Shown here piece by piece: positions 25,192 to 37,935 of a stretch of DNA of 64,000 bases. Both the position numbers and the translations under genes were made by a program. Under the pieces are notes generated by a model that did no database searches, was not told the origin of the DNA, and saw only the letters and a program-made list of their open reading frames with translations. How positions within the stretch are numbered: the first letter of the stretch is position 1; each line of letters starts with the position of its first letter. Source of the stretch: Oculina patagonica (Eukaryota); assembly GCF_052425735.1 (NCBI RefSeq), contig NC_135764.1:7998001-8062000 (forward strand). The letters run 5' to 3'.

Positions 25192-26222
25192 CGGAAAAGT
25201 AGTGTGACTTTTAAAAGCAAAATATTGGACGGAGGACAGTCCGGTAATTGTCTTACTAATGTCGTACTGATAACCTTTTGTAGTCCTTTCTACTCTCAAG
25301 GCAGCATAGGGGGGGGGGGGGGGCACAGCGTTTCACACGGGTTTAAACCTTGCTCTTTCATAGCACTTGTAGTCTTCTAATTTCTTAGAAAGATCTCGTT
25401 TCCACTTTTATTAATAATAATAATAATTGATATTTAAACAGGGAGGGCCCCTTCAGTCGCAGGACTGATATCAACGGGGGCCCTGTATAAATAAAAAAAG
25501 CCTACTTTGCTAATTCATTTCATTTTCTAACGACAGTGTGGTTAATTTCTTCGCCGTTTTGTGTATTTTAAAGTGATGCTACTTTCTGTTACCGAATTTC
25601 CTCTTTCCTCTCTTCTCGCGCCTGGGTTCAACCCCTATAAAGGGCGCACGGAAGAGAGAGTTCAGGGACTAGACTAGTATCTCTGTTGATAGAAGGCATC
25701 CAAAGTTTTCACTGTGGCTTTGTTTACGAACGCGTGGAGAGTTTACGAAAGCGAATTTCGGGTTTAAATTACATTCAGTCAGATAACAATCAGATCTTAT
25801 TAGAAACAGTGCATACAGTGAATAGAAAATATTAATTTTTTTTTGCCTTTTTGAGTTTGTTCATATACATTGTTATTTTAAAGTGATTTAAAGGACAATT
25901 GCAAAACCTGCGTAGAAAGTGACTTAATTAATCGTACGGTAGGCACATGATTTTTAACAAGATTTTAATTAAAAATGGACATTGAATGCTATTGAAAGCT
26001 GTAGATTACACTTTTGTCATCCTGTTGTATTAAAAACAGCAGCCGCTCTAAAACAATACATCTCCAAATACAGTGGGCCTAGCGGTCGGTCACAACTGAT
26101 TATGCCCACGATAGCAGTCCTTGCTACTTTGTAAGCAAACTCGATTCTGAATCACAGCGAAAGAACAGAATCTGCGGTTTAGTGTCAGGCCAGTTCAAAG
26201 GAACGGCTGAGTAACGTGACGG

Positions 26223-27089
26223 ATGATTTCCAATACAGCCTCTATAGTTATTCTTTGTGCTGCTGTATTTGAGTCCTTGATCATTATTGTTGGCAATATT
26301 TTCACTGTATTCGTATTTTGGAAGCACCGTAACAGACTGAAGCGAACTTCTCTTCTGCTAATAAACTTAGCTATTGCGGATTTACTTGTTGGACTGACAG
26401 AAGTGATAGCGATTGGAACATATAGACTTCCACAGCAGCTTGACGACCACAGCGTTAAAAATGGACATATTTCCGTCTCATTTCACACAATGTTCTCTTA
26501 TGCGTCAGTATTTTTCCTCGTACTCATTTCCCTGGAATGTGCATATGCTTTGATTTGGCCGCTTCGTCATCGTGTGGCAAGCATCAAAGGTTACATTTAC
26601 AGTGTGATATTCGTGTGGTTCGCTGGAATATCTACAGGTATATTGTCTTCGCTGGCTGCTCTTGGCGTCTTGGACTACTCACACTGGGTAGTTGCAGCCT
26701 GTGTTGTGGTCATTTTATGTTTAATCGTGATCTGCGTGTCTTACCTGGCAATCCAAAGACGACTTAAGTGCAGAGTTCCCGCCATCGACGCGACTCATAA
26801 CAGACAAAATGGCCCAGAACAGAATGCAAAACTTTCCAGGACTCTGTTTATTGTGATAGGTGCGTCTTTCGTCTGTTACCTTCCAAGTTGGGTACTTTAC
26901 GCAATTCATTATCTTTGTTTCGAATGTGTTACCTTAATAGTAGTTAATGTTTTTAACATGTTTCGTTTGGCGAATTCTGCTGTAAATCCAATTGTTTACA
27001 GTTTTAGGATCCCTGTGTTTAGAGAAACGTTGAAACGAATAAAACTTCGAAAGCAGTCCAAACAATATGCGGTTAACTATAAGCCTTAA
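26223..27089 (+). CDS. Intronless class-A orphan GPCR, 288 aa (ECA at the ERY site)
   Basis: 7TM pattern; CYLP, NPIVY. Confidence 0.92.
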   Translation: MISNTASIVILCAAVFESLIIIVGNIFTVFVFWKHRNRLKRTSLLLINLAIADLLVGLTEVIAIGTYRLPQQLDDHSVKNGHISVSFHTMFSYASVFFLVLISLECAYALIWPLRHRVASIKGYIYSVIFVWFAGISTGILSSLAALGVLDYSHWVVAACVVVILCLIVICVSYLAIQRRLKCRVPAIDATHNRQNGPEQNAKLSRTLFIVIGASFVCYLPSWVLYAIHYLCFECVTLIVVNVFNMFRLANSAVNPIVYSFRIPVFRETLKRIKLRKQSKQYAVNYKP

Positions 27090-27460
27090 AACCATCGATC
27101 TTGTCAGAACTGATCAGTGTATTTGAAATTGATCATGTTTGCCTATTTTTATAAGGAGTTGTCAGTTTTACTTTGAGACGCTCAGTAACGTGCACGATGG
27201 ATCTCAGGAAAAGCAAGTATGAATACGTTCTGTAACAACAACAACAAATGTCGGTTAACGGCATTTTAACAATGATGAAAAAAACAGACGTCTCCAAACG
27301 TCCGAGAATATTTTGTATTTTAGCGCACAAACACTACTTTTGTTTAGTTTTTTTATGTCATACATGCGTTACACATTTTTTCCTGATTCATGTTGAATGA
27401 CAACTACAGCTTATTTATGCTATAAATTTATAATAATATAACTATTAACAGAAAATTTAA

Positions 27461-30400
27461 GCTAAATTGATAGAAATTTCGTTTTATTGTTATTTCAGTT
27501 TACCTTCGTTGCTATTTGAAGCAATAAATCTCCGTTAAACGTCATTTTTGGTTTTTCTTGATAATTTGCTAACCTTCAAGTCGACCTGTAAAACAGTCTC
27601 GACAGTTTGCCACGGCACGCCTTGAAGTTTGTTCTTTTCATGAATTTGTTTTGATGCAGTCGCTGCAAGCACCACACCTATATCCTATCTAAATGCACTT
27701 GCGACCCTCTGCGCGACGGGCTGTACTGGAGATATATTTGTTAGGTTTAGTGCTTTTTATTACAAGAACAAACCAAAAGTTTAAAATACAGTTATAATCT
27801 TTAACATTTAGTTGGAGCCATTTGCATTCCGAGTTACTGGTTTTAATTTAAATCAGACAAAAAATTCGCGCCACTGTGCTATCAATAAAATTACTGTCTA
27901 AAACTGCTATTACACCTTGACTGATAATTGAAAAGGTGAAAATATATAAAATGGACTAGAAACCTTCTGTTGATATAAACAAGTCAACATAAATAGTAAA
28001 TACTCGAGCCTTATTATTGTCTTATGTCACGTCAAGTTTATTCACATGTATAAAGCCCTTTCTTTTAAAAAATGATTCAATTAAAATTTGCTTTTTTTAA
28101 TTCACTCCCAGCTTTGTCCAATAAAGCTGCTAGTATAATTGTGTATATTATTACTGTTGAATGCTTCATTATTTCGTGTTTGTGAAAAAAAAAAAATTAA
28201 AAGTAAAAACAGAAAAAGCTGAAGCGATTCTTCCTTCTGCTTAATAATCCTTCAGGTTTCGCCAGGTCGATTACAGAGGTGTGTACCGTTAGTCATAACA
28301 TTCCCAAATTTAATTGGAGATTGGAGATAGCCTCAGTCAAATTACATTCATTACATTCAGATGGCAGGTTATTATAAAACTATGCATACGGTGAATAGAA
28401 ATAATTTTACTTATTTGTGAGTGTTTGAGTCTGTTCATTTAAATATATTTTGATTAAAGTGATTTAAATGACATTGCGTGCAATAGTACAGTAGGCAGAA
28501 GTGTTTTCTTTGATATTAATTAAAAAAAGCCGAGGCTTGAATGCTATTGACACTTGAACATTATATTTTTCTTTTGATGTAGAGTATTTAATTGAACCTG
28601 CTGTATTAAAAACAGCGCCAACTCGGATAAATACGTCAGCAGTAAAGCGGGCAGAGCGGCCAGTCAAGAGTGATTATGGCTCGATATCAATCCTTGCCAC
28701 TTTGTAGTCAAACTACACTCGTGAAAAACTTGCAGTTCATTCCCAGGCCAGTTCAAAGGACGGTTCAGTAACGTGAACATATCAACATGTCCAAAACAGC
28801 TGTTATTGTTATTATTGGTACCACTATATTTGAGTCCTGATCAGTATTATAGGCAATCTTTTCCTCATATTCGTGTTTTGGAAGCACCGTAACAACCTGA
28901 AGCGAACTTCTTTTCTTCTCCTAAACTTGGCTGCTGCGGATCTACTTGTTGAATTGACAGAACCGATAGTGCTTGGCACTTATAAAATTCCTCAGGAGCT
29001 TGAAGAACTAAGCATCAACAGTACAGGTTATGGACATATTTCAATCATATTTCAAACAACTTTTTCTTTCGCGTCCGTATTTTTCCTCGTTTTAATTTTC
29101 GTTGGAACGTGCATACGCGCTGATTTGGCCGCTCCGCCATCGAGTGGAAAGCGCCAAAGGTTACATTTACGGAGTCATTTTTGTGTGGTTGGCTGCCATA
29201 TCTACAAGTTTATTGTCTTTGCTTGCTGTTGAAGGCGTATTCGATTACGCAGACTGGATAGTTGCATGCTCTGCTATGATCGTTTTGTGTTTAACCACGA
29301 TCTGTGTTTCGAACAAGACTTAACTGCAAACTCCCCGTCATCGATACGGCTGATAACAGGCAAAATGGACCAGAACAGAATGCGAAACTTTCCAGGACAC
29401 TATTTATTGTGATAGGTGCGTCTCTTGTCTGCTGGCTTCCTAGTATGGTATTTTTCGCTGTTTTTTATCTTTGTTCCAAATGTGCTAATTTGTCAGTAGT
29501 TTATGTCTCTAACATGTTTCGTTTGGCGAATTCTATCGTTAATCCTATAATTTACAGTTTTAGAATTCTTATGTTCAGAGAAACTATAAAGCGCATAAAG
29601 TTCCGAAGGCGGTCAAAACAATATAGAGTTAACTATAAGCCTTGAAAATCAAGTTATACGAGTAATAAGGAGGACAACGGAAAATTAAGGCGTCCATTTC
29701 TTTAGTGTTGTGAAAGAGACTGTTATTGATGTTGTTAAGAGTCTAGTATTGAAGTTTCTGTTTTGCTCTTTCAAAGGAGTAGGACAGGGTCTTCAGCTTT
29801 TGTAGTAAAGCCTTCCAGGTTCTTTGAAAGATCTCGTTTCAACTTCTATTCTGACAGTAAACCAAAATCTTCTTTGGTAATCCATTTCTACCGAGAGTAT
29901 GGTTAATTCAACGTCTTTTCTCTGTGTTTTATAGCTATTGCTACTTTCTGTTACCGGCTTTCCTCGGAGAAGTAAAAAAAAAAACACTTCAGTGCTACCT
30001 AGCCGGGAGCTCCAATCCTGGATCTAGCTTATACGTTACTAGGAGGAACCATGGCAGGCAGTTCCAGCCCCCTACACCCCAACTTAATTCCTTCTGTCAT
30101 GATGGGGCCCTTCCCTTGAGAGAGGGGGGCTGAATTTTTTTCCACCTAACTCTGAGGACAAATTTATGACATTAATTAATAAATAATTAAAGGTTCGAAG
30201 TTAAATTATGAGTCACTCATTAGTTAAGCTTACCACTACTGATGTTGTGGAAACGTACATCGCCAATAACGTAACAGCCCTTTTTCCGAACTACCATTAC
30301 TTGGACAATTACACTGGACTGACAAACTACTTAATATTATCGAAGTTACTATCTACATTTGTGCAATACCTTTCTGAACTTAGTCCAGCCTGTGGTCAAT

Positions 30401-30540
30401 CCCACTGGCTTTGCATCCAGTGTTACATTGATTCTAGCTAAACTAAATCCAAGAGTGTTTTATAGCACTTTAGACTTTTACTGCCAAGAATGCACAAATT
30501 TTGTAATTGAGAAATAATTCGTATCTTATTAGAAACAATG
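27461..30540. repeat. Older diverged duplicate of block ~2260-6340
   Basis: Collinear similarity from GCTAAATTGATAGAAATTT through the GPCR pseudogene and its 3' flank to AGAAACAATG. Confidence 0.85.
28787..29645 (+). pseudogene. Class-A GPCR pseudogene, paralog of 3596/37936
   Basis: MSKTAVIV start at 28787; several frameshifts (ORFs 28873, 29102, 29304); identical C-terminus YRVNYKP. Confidence 0.92.
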
Positions 30541-30542
30541 AA

Positions 30543-31719
30543 GGGTGTAGACAAAACGTGCAGCCCCCTTTCGGGCCCCCCCTCCGGCCCCCCTTGGACC
30601 CCTTGAATTTTCGGTAAAAAATTAATAATTAAAAAAAAAATAATATAAATATTAAACAGGGCACACGACTCGCCTGTTCTTCGACCGGCGAGTTCGATTT
30701 CCTTCAGATAGTGCGTTTCTAGTAGTTATCGCGTAATTTAACTTCTGAATAAATTAATTTGAATTTTATATCGGCGTTATGATCGACCACTTTGGCCCAC
30801 ATCCTCTGGCGATGGCGATTTTGCAGTGAATTTGAAAATCCGCTGTGGCTTTTAAGCATGTCAGAACCGAGCAATTGCGGCAATTTTCGGCAAACATCTT
30901 GCGAAATTACCTATATTTAACTTGCTCGAGGCAGGATGGCGAGCGACTCATTAAACTGTGAAAGTGGGAAAATTGGCCAATTAAGGGAGGGTTTTTTTTT
31001 TTTTGTCCTTTTTTTCCAAATCTGGGAGGCTGTCGGCCTACTTTTGTTCTCTTTCTCTTACTTTTGTAGAGAAAGTAGTGGTGACGGCTAGCAAGGAATT
31101 AACGGACTCAAAACCCCACCAAATCACAAAATACCACGAAAACAACAAAAGTAGATAAAGCAGACCACAATTTGGGATGCAAAATCCAGTATTTTATGGA
31201 GCATTTCTCGTGATCAGTTGAATAAGGCCGAGGTCAGTCATTACAAATTACAGTGAACGTATGAGATCAAATAGCGTTTCGTGACGCCTCAAACACGGAG
31301 GATTGTTTGCCTTGCCTGCCTGTGGTTGCGCGCGAGTAGGACGCGAGCTGTCGAAGCGTGGGGATATTGGTCAGCGGCAAATCCAATATGGCGGCTCGAA
31401 ACAAAATGGCGGATACGATGGGTGAACTTGTACGCTTGACATCTCGACGTTTTGGGAAGTTTTCGCACAAATACATTACGGAATTCGAATTAGACGAAGT
31501 AGTTGATTGCAAAAAGGAGATATTACTTCAACCCGGAATAAGCTGTGGAATTTAGCCAGAAAATCGAACTCGCCGGTCGAAGAACAGATGAGTCATATGC
31601 CCTGTTTAATATTTATATTAATTTTTTTTAATTATTAATTTTTTACCGAAAACTAAAAGGGGTCCAGAAAGGGGTCCAGAAAGGGGTCCAAAAGGGGGGT
31701 CCACGTTTTGTCTACACCC
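30543..31719. mobile_element. Non-autonomous DNA transposon with ~160-bp TIRs (MULE-like)
   Basis: GGGTGTAGACAAAACGTG / CACGTTTTGTCTACACCC ends with long matching subterminal arms; no TSD visible. Confidence 0.8.
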
Positions 31720-32540
31720 ACACGGGATCGGGCTTCATGGGTTTCAAAAAAAAAAGTGATCACTCAGCTTAGATAGACTATAGAGAATTGTTCTCGATTT
31801 AAATCTCTTTTATTGCACTAAAAACGCTTCGGATAAAACACCAGCAACAGAAGGAAAAATTTTAAATCTGTAAAAAGCGATTTGGGGGCTGTCTGGGCAT
31901 AAACAATTATCAACATGTGTCAGAATTTGGATACGTATAATTAACTCTGTAAATGAGCCGCCGCTACGCGCTCGGCGAAAACATAAGTAAAATCGCCTAC
32001 GACGATCAAAATAGCTCGTTCAAGGTCTCTTGTTAAAGCTCTCAAGAAGCTCTTTATTTTTTTAATAAATATAAAAGCGAAAAATACATCGCGAAAGACA
32101 TAAATCTGCAAAATGCTAGCAGTGGTTATCGGAAGTTCAATCCCAACTCAATAACAAAAGGATACTTTCACAATTGAATTATTTTTGCGTTTTGAGTTTG
32201 TTCATGTCTATTTTTAATGTAAATTTAAATGACAATTGCAATAGCTGCGTGGAAAGTAATTTTATTCAATCAGATGTTAATTATAAATTTCGACTCAAAT
32301 GCTGATGAAACTGTAGATTACAATTTTGTCATCCTGTTGTATTAAAAACAGCAGCCGCTCTATAAAAAAAGTCATTTGCAAATACAGTGGGCCGAGCCGT
32401 CGATCACAACTGAACGATTGTGGCTAAGGTAGCAATCCTTGGCGCTATCTTGCCCACCTCGACTCTCACTGAGAAAGAACGGAACCTACGGTTTAGTGCC
32501 AGCCCAGTCCAAAGGAACGGCTAAGTAACTGACGTAACAT

Positions 32541-33581
32541 ATGGCGTCCAATACAGCTTTCATTGTAATTATTTGTGCTACTATATTTGAGTCCTTGATC
32601 ATTATTGTTGGCAACATATTCACCATATTCGTGTTTTGGAAGCACCGTAACAGACTAAAGCGGACTTCTCTCCTGCTCATAAACCTAGCTGTTGCGGATT
32701 TATTTGTTGGATTGACAGAACCAATATCGATTGGAACATATAGATTTCCACGACAGCTTGACGAACGAACATTCAACAGCGCTGATAACAGGCATATCTC
32801 CATCACATTTCAATTAGTGTTTTCTTTTGCATCAGTATTTTTCCTCGTGCTCATTTCTCTTGAACGTGCATATGCTTTGATTTGGCCGCTCCGCCATCGA
32901 GTAGCAAGCACCAAAGGTTACATATACAGTGTGACATCTGTGTGGCTGGCTGCTACATCTACAGGCATATTGTCTTTACTTTCCATTTATGGCGTCTTAG
33001 ATAACGTAATGTGGACAGTTGCATCCTGTGCTTTAGTCATTTTATGTTTAATCGTGATCTGCGTGTCTTACCTGACAATCCGTACAAGACTTAACCACAG
33101 AGTTCCCGCCATCGATGCGGCTCATAACAGACAAAATGGACAAGAACAGAATGCAAGACTTTCTAGGACTCTGTTTATTGTGATAGGTGCGTCTCTTGTC
33201 TGTTGGCTTCCTGGTTTGGTACTTAACGCTGTTCATTATCTTTGTTTCGAATGTGTTACTTCAATAGTAGTTGATGTCTTAAACATGTTTCGTTTGGCGA
33301 ATTCTATTGTTAATCCAATCATTTACAGTTTTAGAATACCTGTGTTTAGAAAAACGTTGAAACGAATAAGACTTCGAAAGCAGTCAAAACAATATACAGT
33401 AAACTATAGGCCTGAAATCCATCGATCTGGTGATAACTGTTCAATGTGTTTGAAATTTGTCATGTTTGCCTATAGTTATTATGACTTTCAGTTTTATTTT
33501 GAGACGCTCAGTAGTAGTGAGGGATGCACAGCGGTTACCTTTTCTGTGGGTAGGAATCTCATTAACGTGGGGAGGAATTAA
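32541..33581 (+). CDS. Intronless class-A orphan GPCR, 346 aa (stop-loss extension)
   Basis: 7TM pattern; CCT GAA where paralog 26223 has CCT TAA; reads through the 3' flank into an insertion. Confidence 0.88.
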   Translation: MASNTAFIVIICATIFESLIIIVGNIFTIFVFWKHRNRLKRTSLLLINLAVADLFVGLTEPISIGTYRFPRQLDERTFNSADNRHISITFQLVFSFASVFFLVLISLERAYALIWPLRHRVASTKGYIYSVTSVWLAATSTGILSLLSIYGVLDNVMWTVASCALVILCLIVICVSYLTIRTRLNHRVPAIDAAHNRQNGQEQNARLSRTLFIVIGASLVCWLPGLVLNAVHYLCFECVTSIVVDVLNMFRLANSIVNPIIYSFRIPVFRKTLKRIRLRKQSKQYTVNYRPEIHRSGDNCSMCLKFVMFAYSYYDFQFYFETLSSSEGCTAVTFSVGRNLINVGRN

Positions 33582-35309
33582 TTAAGTAGGTGACGTCATT
33601 GGGGCGTAAGTGACGTCATCAAAAATGGGGCGTAAGTGACGTCATCAAAATGGGGTGTAATCTAAAATAGAATAGTGACATCATCTCGGGGCGTAAGAGC
33701 GTTTTGGTGTAATCTAAAAATAGAAAAATTACATCATTGGGGCGTAATCTAAAAATAGAATAGTGACGTCACAATACCCCAGGGGTAAACGTCATAAAAA
33801 TGATTAGATCATAATTTAAAAATAGAATAGGGACAGTATTGCTTTCATCTTGTTTATTGTCGCAAAATAAAATCATACTTTGATATACGTTAAAGAATCT
33901 GCATTCAGAAGTCTCTTTAAAGGTAAAATTTTCGGTATATTTAAGCTTTGTGGAGCAGCCGACCGAAAAGTCATGGGAGCAATTATTTCTCGTTTCCATT
34001 CTAACTCGGGCAATAGTTCGAATATAATGTATGCAGATTGGCGCAATGTTTTGCTGTTAAAGACCAAAGTCACATTTTCATAGTCCCCGCATATTTGGAT
34101 CATCTCTGGTAAGTTTTTGCTTCAAGTCCAAACTAGAATTAAATAACTTCCTGATCCTCAATCAACTAACGCCAAGATTTATTGCTCGCGAATTCGCATC
34201 AACTTGAACTAGTAATTAGTTTACGCAATCAACATTTCACTGGCACTTTTTTGTTTAACGAAATTACGTTTGTGAAGATGCATGATGTCATAGATTAATT
34301 TTCTATTCCGTGGAGGTTGCGGTTTTTTCCATCATTTCCTCAGTACAGGCATGAGTATTTATTTCCGTCAGATCACTAAATTCTGTAATTATGCAAACTT
34401 CTTGTTGCATACATTTTCTTCTGCTAACATAATTGTTTTTAAAACAATGGTTAAGACTCGATGTGCTCTAGTGAACAAAGGATGACCAATCGAAAAATAA
34501 AAACAATAGAGTGAACGCGCTTCAGTGACCTCGGATATAAACAAGGATTTCGAACCGCTTATGATAGAAAAATATCGGTACAGAGTTTTAAAAAAAAATA
34601 CACACTAAACACACAGATTGTCATTCAACCAAAACTTTTATTTCGATCGTTCAACATTACAAGGAATTAATTTAATAATCCTCTTCTTGTCCTTCGTAAG
34701 ATTTGTAAGGTGAGGTAAAATAAACTTTTATTTCGATCGTTCAACATCGCATTACAATGATTTAATTTAATTTAATCGTCTTCGTCCTCCTCATTGCTTG
34801 GGGTGACATCATCATCAGCATCTAAAAATACATCCCACAATCGTCGCTTTTTGCGGTGGAATTCATCAAAAGTTTGATATATAAACCTGACTTATTTCTT
34901 GTCTAACTTCGCGCGCGAACTCCACACGAGATCCCCACGCGCGTTTCGAGGAAAAGCACATCACAATTTATTGCCTTTGCTGCCCTCGGTGCCCCTGTTG
35001 CCCTCTTTTACTCCTTACCTTATAAAATTAATTCAGTGTATGAGAGAGGTACAGAAGGGGTAGTTCAAGTTGATGGGAATTCGCGTGCAATAAATCTTGG
35101 CGTTAGTTGATTGAGGATCAGGAAGTTATTTAATTCTAGTTTGGACTTGAAGCAAAAACTTACCAGAGATGATTCAAATATGCGGGGACTATGAAAATGT
35201 GACTTTGGTCTTTCACAGCAAAACATTGCGCCAATCTGCATACATTATATTCGAACTATTGCCCGAGTTAGAATGGAAACGAGAAATAATTGCTCCCATG
35301 ACTTTTCGG
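33510..35309. mobile_element. Probable Polinton/Maverick terminal fragment with internal foldback
   Basis: Starts AGTAGTAGT where similarity to the 26223 3' flank ends; short tandem TGACGTCA/GGGGCGTAA repeats at 33590-33780; ~250-bp inverted repeat 33963-34211 / 35061-35309. Confidence 0.5.
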
Positions 35310-36193
35310 ATTAATAGTACTTGTTTGCTTAACTTGGAAGTAATAATTTAAAAACGATCGGTCAGCAGCAATATAGAGACCTCGAAATTACCATTTAATT
35401 GGTGCAATTTAAAAGCCACTTGAATTAATGATTTTAGTCTCACTGAAAGTGGTTCTAAAAATGAAAAAAGCCCTAAGCTTTATTCCCTCAGATGTCATCT
35501 TGGCTAAAAAACAATACCGGAATAGCGTGAATTAGAGATTTGTCATTTGTCAGTACTTTATGTTTAGAGTAATCACATATTTTGATCGTACAGTACAAAC
35601 AAATGTTTTGTCAGATGTCTATTAGAATTTGCAGTTCGAAATACAATTGGGAGTTCTTGTTTCGGTAGTTTTTTCTTTTGCTGTGAATTCGTAGCTTTAT
35701 TTGATGATGTTGTATTAAGACAGCAGTACCTACTGCGAAGGTCGCCAAAATCAATAATTGAAAAAACTCTGATATGACATATATTGGTATTAGAAAAAGG
35801 CATATATTGATTACAACAGTTGTTGGTACTGTCTGTTTAGAGAAAGTTCAATATGAAAATATTAACATGACAATCGCCACGGTTGTGAATACGGTGAAAA
35901 GCGATAACAGTGTTTAATCGGGCAGTTGGCACAAATGTTTTTTTTTTTTTCCAATTTTAATTAGAAATTACAGCTCGCAGCACTATTGGAAGTTGTAGAT
36001 TTTGATCCTCAAACAAATACATATGCAATATACCACAGGCCGAGCATACGATCAAAACTGATCATGTTTACGATGACAGCCCTTGACACTTTGTAGCCGA
36101 ACTCGACTTACTGGGAAATAAAGAGAAGCAAACAGCACTTTAGTGCCAAGCCTGCTCGAAGCACGGCTCCGTACCTCAATAACGTAAACTATC

Positions 36194-36600
36194 ATGTCCA
36201 GTACAGCTTCTATTGTAATTATTTGCGCTGCTCTAATGGAGTCCTTGATCATTATTGTTGGTAACATCTTCACCATATTCGTGTTTTGGAAGCCTGACCG
36301 GAACAGACTGAGGCGACCCGTTTAATTCATTTTTTTATGCCTTTTTTTTTTTTTATCTCAGGACCTCCCTGAAAACCACACTAGTGAGTGGAGCCTCCTA
36401 GCTGTTGAAAGATCATTGTTATTATTATTATTGTTATAAGCGAACTTACTTTCTTCTTATACACTTGGCCGTTGCGGATCTACTGGTTGGATTCACAGAA
36501 CCAATCGTTTGATTTCCCTTAGCATATTGGTGAATCAAGCATCAACAGCAGAGGCAATATTACAAAGGCGTTTCAAACAATGATTTTTTTTTGCGTCAGC
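36194..36600 (+). pseudogene. Duplicate of the GPCR pseudogene at 1851
   Basis: Same start, insertion and frameshifts as 1851-2259. Confidence 0.85.
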
Positions 36601-37935
36601 TTAAGTGATAGAGATTTTGGTTTCTTGTTATTTCAGTTTATGAGCATTACTATTTGAAGCAATAAATCCCCGTGAGCCTCCATCTTTGGTTTCCGTTGAT
36701 AATTTGCTAACCTTCAAGGCGACCTGTAAAACAGTCTCGGCACTTTGCCACGACACGCCTTAATTAAAGTTTTTTCTTTTATGTAATTTGTTTTCATGCA
36801 GTCGCTGCAAGCGCTTCACCTATGTCCTATCTAAATGCACTGGCGACCCTCTGTAGGGCCCGCCATACAGGAGATATATTCTTTAGGTTTGGTGCGGGCT
36901 TTCTATAACAGGATCTTATGAAAATTTAAAAATATATGTATGATCTACAACTTTTAGTTTGATCCAATTGCATTTCGATTTTCTGGTTTTAATTAAAATC
37001 AGACAAAAGAATTGTGCCACCGTGCTCTCAATAAAATTACTGTCCAAAACAGCTATTACACCTTGACTGGCTATTAAAAAGGTGGAATAAGAATGAAATA
37101 TGAAATGGACTGTTTATTTAAAGACCTTTACATACATAACTTCTACTAACGTTTCACGTTATATGTCACATCAAATTTATTCACATGCATCACTTCCTTT
37201 TATTTAAATTTTCTTTTGAAAAACGGTTCAATTAAATTTGCTTTTTATAGATTGACTTCTTGCCATGTCCAATAAACAGCTGCTACTGTGATTATGTGTA
37301 TTATTACTTTTGAATGCTTCATTATTTCGTGTTTTGAAAAAGAAACGTAAAAAGCAAAAGCGATTCTTCTTTCTGCTTAATAATCCATCAGGTTTCACCA
37401 GGTCAGTTACAGAGGTGTGTACCGTTAGACATAAAATTCCCAAATTTAATTGGAGCAAGTCTGAAATTACATTCAGACGACAGGTTATTATAAAACAATG
37501 CATATGGTGAAAATAAAATAGTCTTATTCAATTGCGAGTGTGTTTTAATTCTGTTTGTATGTACAAATTTTATTAAAAAGATTGAAATGACAGTTGCGAG
37601 CAATTACGCGTGGAAAGAAATTTCATTTATGGTACAGTAGGCGGAACTGTTTTCTAGGATATTAATTAAAAAGCTGATGCTTGAATGCTATTGAAAATTG
37701 AAGATTGTATTTTCCATTTCAAAGTAGTTATTTGATCCTGTTGTATTAAAAACAGCAATAACTCTAACAAATACCATCCGCAGTTCAGCGAGCAGAGCGC
37801 CCAGTCAAGAGTGATTATGGATCGGATAGCAATTCTTGCCGCTTTTCAGCCAAGACGCACTCCGACAAAATTAACTCGCTTCATTTAAGTCCCAGGCCAG
37901 TTCAAAGGACGGTTCAGTAACGTGAACATATCATC

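Noticed and set aside
31956-31978. Small GCG-GTA-type mini-hairpin like the GA-hairpin apex
   Set aside because: Stem too short and no element architecture; could be chance.
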